Below, piece by piece: positions 21,372 through 32,156 of a DNA stretch of 64,000 bases (the stretch's first letter is position 1; every line of letters starts with the position of its first letter). The position numbers and the translations under genes were made by a program. This DNA is from a virus (Duplodnaviria; Caudoviricetes), in the IMG/VR virus record IMGVR_UViG_3300033463_000020. One strand, written 5' to 3'. The notes under the pieces were generated by a model. It saw only the letters and a program-made list of their open reading frames with translations. It made no database searches and was not told where the DNA came from.

Positions 21372-22091
21372 GTGAGCGGGGTGAGTTATATGATACAATT
21401 TTATGATATTTTCGAGCGAGCATTTAATTTGTTTTCTGACCCCGACATTGACCGTAAGTATTATAATGATCAGGCTGGTTTCCAAGCAGATATGCTCGAT
21501 TTTCTTATTCTTGGTAAAAACAAATTCACTTCCCCGACAGCTATCACAGACAAGCTGTGCATTTGCGCAGAGCCTGTGGGCTATACGGAGAGCGATTCTG
21601 GTGATGGCACCGCAACGTATGTCTTAGAACAGGCAGTTGCCAACGAGGGTGTCGGCGTAGGCTTCACATATTGTATCGGCACCGAGAAAGTACGCGGCTC
21701 TTATGACGCCACGAACAATTCGGTGACCTTTGAACGTGCAGTCGCTGCTGATGAAACGTGGTCTGTTGCTTGGTTCTATGCTGGAGCATTTACATCAGAT
21801 TTTTCTGGATGCTTACGGCCCGATTTCCCAATGAGCGCGATTTTAGACAAGGTTATTAATATCTTGGCCTATGCTCTGTTATCCGCCTGGGGTGACAAGG
21901 AAGTGGGGCGTGTCTTAGAGGTTCGCAATATTTTAACGGACACAGATTTTAAGATGTATTCTCCGGCAAATTCGGCGAGGGCAAAAGTTGAGTGGCGCAA
22001 TCAGATGAATAAGGACATGGACACATTGGTGTCTGAATTAACTTGGAGAATCATGTCGACGCCGAGAGGAGGGTCCAGTTTTGGAAAATGA
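21372..22091 (+). CDS. Putative head-tail adaptor
   Basis: Position; DTDFKMYSPAN motif; start uncertain. Confidence 0.55.
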   Translation: MSGVSYMIQFYDIFERAFNLFSDPDIDRKYYNDQAGFQADMLDFLILGKNKFTSPTAITDKLCICAEPVGYTESDSGDGTATYVLEQAVANEGVGVGFTYCIGTEKVRGSYDATNNSVTFERAVAADETWSVAWFYAGAFTSDFSGCLRPDFPMSAILDKVINILAYALLSAWGDKEVGRVLEVRNILTDTDFKMYSPANSARAKVEWRNQMNKDMDTLVSELTWRIMSTPRGGSSFGK

Positions 22092-22425
22092 ACTTGATAC
22101 TGGTTCTGCTACCCCCAAAATTCGATTCTCTGCTGGCGAGGAGCAAGGGTGCTTTATCAATCTGCGGAGTTAGTTAATTAAGTTGCTGTACATGATTGAG
22201 GCAGAGTAGCGTGGCGAAGAAGATATTAGTCTATGGTTTTACGGCTTTATGTTCGAGCTAGCATCTGCTAACACATTGTGCGACAACAAGTTGCTCAAGG
22301 TGTTAATTAAAATACACGGCTTATATGATAACGAAGCTTATAAAAGTATGACCCATGCGTAGATTAAACGTCAGATTATGGAATCCAAGGGGATTGTCGA
22401 TCATTTGATCCACGATCCACGATGA
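22081..22425 (+). CDS. Hypothetical head-completion module protein (3 in-frame TAG; absent from the ORF track)
   Basis: GGAGG RBS and TTG at 22081; open to TGA at 22425 with TAG read as Gln. Confidence 0.65.
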
Positions 22426-22441
22426 GCACGGAGGGCAAGCT

Positions 22442-23629
22442 ATGGCGCGTAAGGTGATTAACACAACTCACGCCGCCAATCGTTACGACATCTTGTCACA
22501 AACTCCCAAGAATTATAATTCAGAGAATTATTTTTTAAAAGAGTTACAAGAAAAAGTTGATTTTGATTGGCCCTATCGTCCTAACCGTGTGGACATTGAA
22601 TATGAGAATGCCTGGGGGCAGCAAACATATTCACCAATTGAGGTAGTCATATAGTCCGTTCGCTCAGAAAAGGGCACTGCGATTTCAGATGACTCGAAGA
22701 AAATAGTTTTCCGTGATATTTTAGAGAAGCGCTTTCGCGTCGGCAGTCGTTTTCGGTTTGGAAACTTTACCGGCCAAAATGGTGTCGAGGACGTAGATGC
22801 GCTTGATCGAAATGTATGGCTTGCCGTTAATGATAATTCTACCAATATGACTGCAGCGGTAGTTGTAGAACGGTGCAATGGTTTGCTGGGTAGTTGCTGG
22901 ATTGATCCGGCAACGGGATTGTCCGTCTATCATTACGAACCTGTGATTCTGCCGTAGTTTTTATCATCGGTTAGTTTATTATACGAGAAAACGATTGTCG
23001 AGGCTGATGCCGACGTAGTCGCTATTGTACAAACAAACGCATATACGCGCAAGTATTTTACGAATTAGCGATTTATTTTGGGCTATGGTGCCGAGCGAAA
23101 ACAGGTTTATCGAATTAAATCGATTCATGATTTTTATAGCAGTACCACCTCTATTGCTAATCATGTACAAGAGTCTCAGGGATTGACTCGTTTGTATTTG
23201 GAAATTACCGAAGCCTCCCCTGCAGATGATTTTGAACATCGTATTGCGGCGCAAACCGCTGGTTCTCCGGTAGTGGTGAAGCCGATTGAGCCCGACGCAG
23301 TATATACTCTCGGGTTTGCTGGGTTGACCCCGGTGCCAGCTTACTTAGGTAATGACGCGCTGATTTTAACGCCCCAGCTAATTGCGGCGGATGGCAGCGC
23401 GATACCGGCAGCGTTTACACTCACATGTGAACTGGAAAATCTGCCAGAAGGAGTCGCAATAGAATCATACTTATCCGTATCACAGGAAGGCTCGACGTTC
23501 ACTTTGAAACGTCATCATGCATATCTAGGCGGAGATTTAATCTTACGGTGGTGCGTTAGTGCTGCCGATTCTCCGACAGGAGCCGATCTAGAATATACTA
23601 TGTCACTGGGGATGGGTCAGTATGCTTGA
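22442..23629 (+). CDS. Putative head closure/neck protein (3 in-frame TAG)
   Basis: Fragments at 22442 and 23078 share a frame; 395 aa; position. Confidence 0.6.
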
Positions 23630-23645
23630 CGGGAGGTAAAAGGAT

Positions 23646-24356
23646 ATGGGTTTATATCAGTATGACCAATATAATAATTTTAATCGTTTTATCAATATTG
23701 ATGCTATTGAGGCCAAAATTATTGAGCATTTAATTCACTCGACGACCAAGTATGGAAACACGATATGGCAGCTACTAAAGTACCCCTCACGCGATGCTTT
23801 GTGGAAGAAGACTCCCACGGTCGATGAGCGTGTGGCGCTGGTCGAGGGCAGCACGTCATCTACGGAGAACAGTGAAATGCAGCATAAGCGTGTATTTTAC
23901 AAACCGTTCTCGGATGATGCCGTCAAAGATGAGTGTTCGGTACTGTGTTTGTATTTGGGAGGAATTTATCCCGTGGATGCTACACAGAGCGTGGTAAGTT
24001 TAGTCGTCGAAATTGCGACACACAATCATATTAATACGGTTGCCGGTGAGAGTGACTTTATAGCACATCCCAGTGTCACCAATCCAAATGATTACTATGA
24101 GAGCGATACCGCTCCTGTGGTTCAATATAAGAGTCGCGAGTCAGTTTTGCTAAAATGCGTTTTGGCCGAATTGAACGGTTTATTTATTGACGGTGTTGGT
24201 TACCTGTAGTTCAATACGCATAAACTTCTCGAAGGACGCAGCATTGGTAGTTCGGCTACTATGTCCGTTTATGATGGGCGTTCTTTTTATGGACATCGGA
24301 TCTTATTTAACGTTCCGATGTCGGGTATGTCAGAGGTCCCGGATTTTGGAGTTTGA
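23646..24356 (+). CDS. Putative tail terminator/completion protein (1 in-frame TAG)
   Basis: GVGYL[Q]FN read-through to TGA at 24356. Confidence 0.6.
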
Positions 24357-24368
24357 TTTGGAGCCCGC

Positions 24369-25355
24369 GTGATGTCTGAATCCTTAGAACGCGTTCCGGA
24401 TAATAAGTATGGCTTATTACCCAAGGATATTGTTGATTTACTTAGAGAGTATGAGTATTCGTATTTCCGCGAAGACAAGCCAATCCCATTCTGCGGTTTG
24501 ACCATTTATCCAATTGTGGTACGGGACTTCGAGGTGTTTTCCCATTGCGCCTCTTGTTTCACCTTGAACAAGAATGAGGATGCGAAGGGTATCCCGGTAT
24601 CACATCTTGATTATCTTTTGAGCCGTATGCAGCTTGAAAATAAAGATGAAGCTCAATTATGGTCATATCGCGTACATAAAATTTTCGAGCTAATTTTCCA
24701 CATCACCAACGGTTTAAAGTGTAAAAAATGTGGGCACCTCATCGCCTATAGTGACCCATAGTTTTTAGAATTTGCACGCGCGATCTAGCGCGTGATAGCC
24801 GGGGAGATACAGGAAGGCGAAGCCCCACCCTCATTAAAATGCCCAGAGTGTGAGGGGATAGAGTTCGACGAAATGATCAAAGTCGTCAAGGATGATCAAA
24901 ACAGGAATGCGTTGGTCATCGATGGGCACACTATTAATCGGCGTGATTTTAATAAGTTACGCCAAATCGTTTTATATCAAAATTTCTACGACTATGCGGA
25001 CGATTCTTGGGTTGATCCCGAAATTAAACGAGACCATGACGAAAGAATGCGTTTAGAGCAGCAAAAGAATGATGTACATGCTTCTATTGAAAAGAAGGTA
25101 GTATGTCTCTCTATTGCAACTCATTATACGTTTGCTGAAATTTATGATATGACGATCCGAAAGTTCACCATGGCCTTGGCCACCGTGGACGATTTAATCA
25201 ATTATAAAATTATGAAGCAGGCTGTCTCGAGTGGATTTGTGTCCTTGCCCAAGGGGCAAACCATTGAGCATTGGATTTACAAGCCCAATAAAGATATGTA
25301 CGGTGATTTCTATCGAAGCACCGACAGTGTCACCGAAGCCGCTTCTAATTTATAA
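24369..25355 (+). CDS. Hypothetical tail-module protein with CxxC pairs (2 in-frame TAG)
   Basis: ORFs at 24369 and 24792 share a frame; CKKC...CPEC. Confidence 0.65.
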
Positions 25356-25394
25356 GCATACATCAAAAATATCTTATTCAAGGAGATAAAAAAT

Positions 25395-26459
25395 ATGGCA
25401 AAGTATTTTTTAGGATCTGTTGGTAAGGCTGAAGCGTTCAGACGTGGCGACGATGGCAAGCTGACGCTCGCGTTCGTCTCTAAGACTCTGACTGACTCCG
25501 GTCTGAATATCAGCACGACCAAGGATGACATTCGCGCTGGCGAGGGCGCTCCTATCCAGTTCAGTTTCTACCATGACTCCAGTGTCGAAGTTACCCTGAC
25601 GGATGTTCTCTGGAAGAGAGAGTATCTCGAGGCCCAGCTTGGTGCTCGCTTCACCAGTGACGGTACTGGCACCGATTATATCAGTGAGACTCTTACGGCC
25701 GCCAGCGGCAAGCTTACTCTGGGCCACACGGTCGAGAAGATGCCCCTGCAGTGTGCCGACGGCGATGCCTACATTGTATGGTATTCTCCCGCTGGCCAGG
25801 ACGATTGGAAGTCTTATTCGGCTGATACGGCCATTACCGAGGTGGCTGTTGACGGAGCCGATGGAACCGAGTATTGTGTTCGTTATCTTGCGATTGATTC
25901 TCGTGCGAAGGTCGCCGAAATTACCTCGACCATCATTCCCGAAGAGCTCTTCCTCATCATCACCGCTCCGATCTTCGCCGGTGACGCTTGCGCTGCTTCT
26001 CGTGGAAAGGCCGCTGGACACATCACCTTCGAAATTCCGAGATTCCAGCTCAATGGCGCTCAAGAGTTCTCTATGAACATGAGCTCCAACCAGACGATGT
26101 CTCTTGCCGGCGTGGCGCTTGCCGCCGCTGCGGAAGATTGCGACACCTCTGCGGGTAAGCTGCTTCGGATCATCGAAGTCATCTCGAATGAGGACTGGTA
26201 CACTGACGTCACCTCCCTCATCGTTGACGAGGATTCTCTCACCGCTGGTGAGAAGCCTGTGGTTTATGCGCTGCATCAGAACGGTTCGCTCACTCTGTGC
26301 GACAACAGCAAACTGATTTACCGCACCTCGAGTTCGGGCGCTTACACTGCCATGACCGCTGCGTACACCTTTACTTCTGGAACCATTTACCTGAACATCA
26401 ACAAGGGCGATAACGAGGCGTTCTTGGCCTCCGACGAGACTGTTACGGTTGCTGCCTGA
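25395..26459 (+). CDS. Major tail (tube) protein
   Basis: Beta-rich, high-expression codon bias like the capsid gene, position, no TAG. Confidence 0.7.
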   Translation: MAKYFLGSVGKAEAFRRGDDGKLTLAFVSKTLTDSGLNISTTKDDIRAGEGAPIQFSFYHDSSVEVTLTDVLWKREYLEAQLGARFTSDGTGTDYISETLTAASGKLTLGHTVEKMPLQCADGDAYIVWYSPAGQDDWKSYSADTAITEVAVDGADGTEYCVRYLAIDSRAKVAEITSTIIPEELFLIITAPIFAGDACAASRGKAAGHITFEIPRFQLNGAQEFSMNMSSNQTMSLAGVALAAAAEDCDTSAGKLLRIIEVISNEDWYTDVTSLIVDEDSLTAGEKPVVYALHQNGSLTLCDNSKLIYRTSSSGAYTAMTAAYTFTSGTIYLNINKGDNEAFLASDETVTVAA

Positions 26460-26475
26460 GTAAATGTGTAAACAT

Positions 26476-26600
26476 TTGAAGGCTGGTACACCAGGCCGTT
26501 AGGTGTGTGCATTAACTAAGAAGGTCTGCCCTTATTAGCGGTATTGCTCACAACAACACAGATATGTGTTGACTGACTGCGTTAAGTGTCCAGCCTTCAA
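26476..26600 (+). ncRNA. Candidate structured RNA element
   Basis: Closing stem TTGAAGGCTGG/CCAGCCTTCAA enclosing several internal stems. Confidence 0.35.
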
Positions 26601-26735
26601 GCCTAAACCTTAGGATTAATTTTTATAGCACCCGGTATTTTACCGGGTGCTATTCCAAAAGGCCCTAATGATTATTAGAGTTTTTTGGAATAGCACCTGG
26701 TGGCTACCAACATTTTTTAATAAGGAGAGTTCAAT

Positions 26736-28394
26736 ATGGCAAGACAGAGGCAAGTAACATATTACAAAAATGATGGTAGTGGCGCAACCGCAAATTTTGT
26801 GCATGATGGCCTGGCAGACATACCATTAGATTTTATTGATGACATTGGACGAAATTGGTATGCTGTTCCTGAAGATTGGTCGCGTGCAAATTATATCTTT
26901 GTGCATTGGAATACGGCAGCCGATGATAGCGGTACCGCGTATCGGCCTGGTGAGACCGCCCGTGGTGTAAATGCACAAATATATGCTATTTGGGCACCGG
27001 CGCATTAGCCCAAACGTGGCGGAATGCATTTTTTCCTAGGATCTGTTGGTAAGGCTGAAGCGTTCAGACGTGGTGACGATGGTCAATTAACGTTAGCGTT
27101 TGTTTCCAAGACCTTGACAGATTCCGGTTTGAATATTAGCACCACGAAAGACGATATCCGTGCCGGAGAGGGTGCCCCTATTTAGTTTAGTTTTTATCAT
27201 GATTCCAGTGTTGACGTGACCCTGACTGACGTACTATGGAAGAGAGAGTATTTAGAGGCTCAACTCGGGGCGCGGTTTGCAAATGACGGACAGGGGACTG
27301 ATTATATTACGGAAACCTTAACGGCGGCCAATGGCAAAATCACCATTTGCCGTCCTGAGAGGGTCTTAGATAGCGAAATGCTCGGCATGATGTCTGAACA
27401 GGAGCGGTTCCCCCTATATTGGTCTAATCGTGAGTCGGCAGATGTATTGTCGCGCGTCACATTAACGGTCGATGGGTCTGTCTTCACCTTTTCCGCGTCT
27501 CAATACCAGTTTTTCGGCAGGGTAGATAATAAAGATTGTACTATCTATTACACCGAGTCAGGCGTGTGGGGACAGCAGAGTTGGGAAATTTATTGTCCTC
27601 AACTTTTAGGTCCCGGGTCTTATAGTGTGAAGGTTGTGGAGCCGGGCGATAGTCCGAAGATGCGCAAAATACCTATGCCGTGCGCCGATGGCGACACCTA
27701 TATGGCTTGGTATTCACCGGCTGGGCAAGATGATTGGAAGTCGGTGGCGTCCGAGAATCCCATTAATGAGATATCAGTGGATGCTGTTAACGGTACGCAA
27801 TTTTGTGTGCGGTATCTGGCGGCTGACTCTCGTGCAAAAGTTGCGGAGATCACGTCTTCGATCATTCCCGAAGAATTATTCTTAGTTATTACTGCGCCTA
27901 TATTCGCGGGCGATGCCTGCGCAGCATCGCGCGGCAAAGCTGCAGGACACATTACTTTTGAGATTCCCCGGTTTTAGTTAAACGGCGCGCAAGAGTTTGC
28001 GATGAACATGAGTTCGAATCAAACTATTTCTTTGTCCGGTGTGGCTTTAGCCTCGGCCGCTGAAGACTGTGATACGTCGGCCGGGAAGCTGCTGCGGATT
28101 ATTGAAGTCATTGCCAATGAGGAATGGTATACCGATGTGACGTCTCTCGTGGTAGATGAGGAGTGTTTGGCGGTCGGGGCAACGCCGGTAGTTTACGCTG
28201 TGCGTGCAAATGGTTCGTTGACGCGTTGCGATTTACGCAAATTGATTTGGCGTGCCTCCGGTGATGTTACGTACACACCGATGACCAATGCGTCGACTTT
28301 TGCCGCTGGCGTTACATATATTAATATTAATAATGGCGAGAATCAGGGTGTATTGTCCACAGATGAGGTGGTTAATATTCCTGAAGAAGGTTAA
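26736..28394 (+). CDS. Second tail tube paralog with an N-terminal Listeria-Bacteroides (InlB-B)-like repeat and an internal insertion (3 in-frame TAG)
   Basis: Long near-identical protein blocks shared with 25395-26459; N-terminus VTY.KNDGSG...F..WNTAADDSGTAY.PG...YAIW. Confidence 0.8.
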
Positions 28395-28417
28395 ACTTTC
28401 AGAAGGAGCGTGAGATT

Positions 28418-28807
28418 ATGAATCCTGAAGTATTAAATATTATTTTAACAGGGCTGAGCATTATTGTTACGGGTCTGTGTTCATGGGCTACTGCCGCCCT
28501 GGTGAGTTTTTTGAATGAAAAAATTAAGGATAAAAAATTAGCGCGGTTTGTGACGCGGATTACCTTAATTGTTACCGACGCGGTCCAATGCATTTATCAA
28601 GAATTTGTTGAGGTGTTGAAAGCCGAGGGCAAATTCGACGAAGCTGCCCAGCAAGAAGCCAAGCGGCGTGCATTGGCGATCATTGAGGGCCAGCTGACCA
28701 ATGAAATGCAAGCCTATATTACGGAGAATTTCGGCGAGATTGAGGCTTGGATTAGCGAGAAGATCGAGGCGGTTATTTATCAGCTGAAAAGGAAGGGTGT
28801 CGTATGA
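28418..28807 (+). CDS. Putative holin (LL-H-like)
   Basis: N-terminal TM helix; AVQ..YQEFV..LKAEGKF...EAK..A...IEAVI pattern. Confidence 0.65.
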   Translation: MNPEVLNIILTGLSIIVTGLCSWATAALVSFLNEKIKDKKLARFVTRITLIVTDAVQCIYQEFVEVLKAEGKFDEAAQQEAKRRALAIIEGQLTNEMQAYITENFGEIEAWISEKIEAVIYQLKRKGVV

Positions 28808-29046
28808 CTTTAAGCGAACTTTTGGCTAAGAACGAGGCGACGCGGAAGCGGCGCGAGGCCGAGCGTGCTGCAAGCACGAAAAAGGAAAGGGCGGCGCAAG
28901 CCGTACAAGAAGAGAGTGAAAAGGGGACCGAGGTAGCAGAGGCTGCGCCCAAAAAGCGTGGTCGCAAGCCTGCTAATCGGGAGTATATGGTCGTCGAGGA
29001 TGTTGAACACGTTAACGACGACGATGCTGATTAGGTAAAGGTCTGA
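28804..29046 (+). CDS. Small charged hypothetical protein
   Basis: ATGA coupling; KKRGRKP motif; extends past TAG at 29032 to TGA at 29046. Confidence 0.6.
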
Positions 29047-29054
29047 CTTTCCTT

Positions 29055-29088
29055 CCCCCCTTTGCGCATGCGCGCAAAGGGGGGTTTT
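29055..29088 (+). terminator. Rho-independent terminator
   Basis: CCCCCCTTTGCGC-ATGC-GCGCAAAGGGGGG followed by TTTT. Confidence 0.75.
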
Positions 29089-29111
29089 ATCCAAGTAAAG
29101 GAGGTGGTAGA

Positions 29112-29531
29112 ATGCGCACAGCTGACTCTAACGTTGCGGCGGGTTCGTTCGTAGACGTAATTCGAGATATTGTAAAGCAGGACGGCGAAACGGATGATAG
29201 TTTAGTTTTATGTCAGGTGGCTAGTTAGGATGACGCTTAGCACTATTCGGTGCGCGTGCTACCCGATCTTGAGCAGGTTATTCACGGTCTGCCGAACATG
29301 ACTCGCTATGATCTTGCAGTAGGGGATTATTGTTATGTAATGCGAATTGGCGGCAGCCTGAACAATGCTTTTATTTGCTATGCCAAAGGTGCCAACGAAG
29401 ATGCATCATTAAAATGGGTGTAGGATATGATTGATGCGGCAATTGCTCCGTTATAGCTGGAGATTAACAACTTTTCAAGTACCGTAGTTATTGGTGACGA
29501 GCTTCCCGATGCCCACGGGGAACCATTTTAA
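29112..29531 (+). CDS. Hypothetical protein, possible OB-fold tail component (4 in-frame TAG; absent from the ORF track)
   Basis: AAGGAGGTG RBS; open to TAA at 29531. Confidence 0.65.
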
Positions 29532-29540
29532 TTGTGTATC

Positions 29541-30209
29541 ATGGAAATTAAATTTCACAATCCGCTTGTGAGTTATTCGCATTTGGTCATGTTTGATTTA
29601 GCTTCTAAAATAACGGGGGTATGTTTGTGGGACCTGGCAGCAGAACGTCCGATTGAGACGACGATATTAAAGGTGCCCGACAATACTGAGTTAGGTGTGG
29701 CTGCTCTTTATGAGCAAATTGCGGCTTTGTTTACTAAGTTAAATGCTCGCGAGGACGTGTCAAAATTGCTAGTATGTAAAGAAGCAATGCCCACACAGTT
29801 ACATGGCGGAGCATCAACCGTTTAGACTTTTATAGCGCTGGCGCGCAGTCATGCTATATTAGATTTGTACACGCAGCAACATGGTTTAGCCATGTATGAT
29901 TATGTTGGGGTGTATCCTATTTCTACGCACGCTTATTTACGGCGCCTACTTAATCTCGAAGCGGGCCAGAAAATAGACAAAAAAGACATTCAAGCATTTG
30001 TGGCGCGAGAGTACGATCTCCCGGCGTTATCTTTCGATGAGGCGGATGCTGTTTTTTTGGCTAAAACTTTTGTTGACGTCAAATGGGACAAGGATTTGAC
30101 TGAGCGTGTGCGTGAAATTGGGCGCCATATCAAAACACTGAAGGATCCTCATCGTATTGCTGCTCTGAAACACGAGCAGGAGATGCTCAACGCATTGAAA
30201 ATTCACTAA
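29541..30209 (+). CDS. RuvC-like Holliday junction resolvase (1 in-frame TAG)
   Basis: FDLASKITGV, CKEA and DEADAV acidic motifs. Confidence 0.75.
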
Positions 30210-30220
30210 GGAGGTGGCAC

Positions 30221-31261
30221 ATGGGACGCAGTACAGTGTATAACGTTAATTTGACTAAAGACTGGGATCGGGTGTCCGATGAAAACCGCCGCCTGGTTAA
30301 GGAATATATTTAGTATTGTAAATCGAATGACCGGAGTCCATAGACCATCCATCAATATGAAGAATGGTTAAAAGTTTTTTTCTGCTGGAATTACGCTGAA
30401 AATAATAACAAGTTTTTTGTGGATTTGAAGCGCCGGGATTTCGTATATTATTTTGGCTGGTGCCGTGATCATGGACTCAGCGCAAATCGTATAGCATCTT
30501 TGAAATCTGTGCTAAGCAGTTTATCGGCTGCACTGGAATTGCTATATGAGGATTTGTATCCCAATTTTCATAATCAGTTGCGTGCCTTGGAACCCGTGCG
30601 TATCGCTCCGGTTCGACAAAAAACAGTATTATCCGATGAGCAGATGCACAACATTTTACAGGGTCTGGTGGATCGGCAGGAATACTAGCTAGCATGCTAC
30701 CTGGCACTGGCGTGTGCGTCCGGCAGTCGAAAAGCTGAGCTCTTATAGATGCGGGTAGATTTTTTCACACCCGAGCGCGAGGTCTTTGGTTCTTACATGT
30801 ATTGCACTCCGGAGATCCGCTCTAAGGGGCGTGGCGTCCAGGGCAAGGTTATTAAGAAATATGTTATCAAACAATTATTCGATCCATTCTTATAGTTGTG
30901 GCTAGCCGAGCGTAAACGTTTGGGGATAGAGATACCCGAATTATTTGTTACGAAACGCGCGGGGACATATATACCCGCCACCGTAGCGACCGCTAATGGT
31001 TTCGCGGAGCGGATTTCAAAACTTTTTAATATTGAATATTATGCACACTCTAGTCGACATTTCTTCTGTACGTCATTAAAACGCATGAAATTGCCAGATG
31101 ACGTGATTACGCAGATTTTTGGCTGGAGTAATTCTGATATGATTAAGATTTATTCTGACATCCCAGCAGAAGAGATCTTAGGAGAATTTTTTATGACTTT
31201 TTAGGTGCCCTCGGTGGGTACAGAGGAGAGGCAAAAGGAGGACAGTACTAATGAGCGCTAA
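30221..31261 (+). CDS. Tyrosine recombinase (XerC/D-like; 6 in-frame TAG)
   Basis: SGSRKAEL, SKGRG, HSSRH and GWS...IY catalytic set; AAGGAGGTG RBS. Confidence 0.85.
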
Positions 31262-31922
31262 CCAACTATTATTATCTGAGTATTTGGAGCTGACGACGGA
31301 TTTTGCGCAGGAACCGACATTTGAGAAAGAGTCACGAATTACGGATTGGTTGAGTCAACTCGAGGTTCGTGAGTATATGCCCATGAAAGAGAAGGCGCTA
31401 GTAATGATGGACATTCTATCGGGGGCGGCACAAGAATATGACGTCCCGGGTTTGGCGACCCATCTCGAAATGTGCAAAATGGCCCGGGGCTTACTAAGAT
31501 ATTGTACGAATTTAGAGAATGATGTTGAAATTTTATCACTTACCATGGGGGCCTATGATCACATTCAAATTTATGGTTTGGCCAAGGTCGTGAGAGATGT
31601 TTGTCACGAAGATTATGGTGTCTTATGTTCTATGGTGGACAATACCTTTAATATTAGCAATGTGAAAACATTTGCTGATACCGCCGCTTTGCTAAATAAG
31701 ACAGAGTATGATAAGTGGGTTAATACAATGAAGCAACTGAAGAGCGAGCTGACGCCCGAGGTACTACAAGGTTTAATGGCAGCTAGTAATATGTCAGCAC
31801 CAGAGTTTGCTGATCTAAGTAAGGCTTTGGCCGAAACCGCCTTGCGGGATGCGGCAAATCAGCTGGCCGCTACAGAGTTACGCGAACAAGCCGCGGCTGA
31901 AACGCCGGCGGAGCAAGAATAA
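31251..31922 (+). CDS. Hypothetical protein (possible tail assembly chaperone)
   Basis: AAGGAGG RBS; helical acidic protein; function inferred only from context. Confidence 0.6.
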   Translation: MSANQLLLSEYLELTTDFAQEPTFEKESRITDWLSQLEVREYMPMKEKALVMMDILSGAAQEYDVPGLATHLEMCKMARGLLRYCTNLENDVEILSLTMGAYDHIQIYGLAKVVRDVCHEDYGVLCSMVDNTFNISNVKTFADTAALLNKTEYDKWVNTMKQLKSELTPEVLQGLMAASNMSAPEFADLSKALAETALRDAANQLAATELREQAAAETPAEQE

Positions 31923-31941
31923 GAGCTATCGGAGGCGTCTC

Positions 31942-32154
31942 ATGGGAGAAGAGAAAATTACACTCTATACCACACATTGCCCCAAATGTAAGGTACTGGC
32001 AATGAAATTGAATTCAAAGAATATCGTTTTTGACGAATGTGATGATGTTGAGGAAATGCGGCGGCTGGGCTACCAATTCGCACCGTTGTTACGCGTTGGA
32101 GATAAGGTTATGGACTTTACACAAGCTATACAGTGGGTGAATAGGAGCGTATAA
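31942..32154 (+). CDS. Glutaredoxin/NrdH-like redoxin
   Basis: LYTTHCPKC and APLL motifs; directly upstream of nrdD. Confidence 0.8.
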   Translation: MGEEKITLYTTHCPKCKVLAMKLNSKNIVFDECDDVEEMRRLGYQFAPLLRVGDKVMDFTQAIQWVNRSV

Positions 32155-32156
32155 TT

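Noticed and set aside
26476-26600. Suppressor tRNA
   Set aside because: No T-loop consensus, CUA anticodon arm or cloverleaf of tRNA size could be identified here or in other intergenic gaps
25395-28394. Diversity-generating retroelement template/variable repeat pair
   Set aside because: Differences are mostly synonymous and not adenine-specific, and no reverse transcriptase is seen in the window
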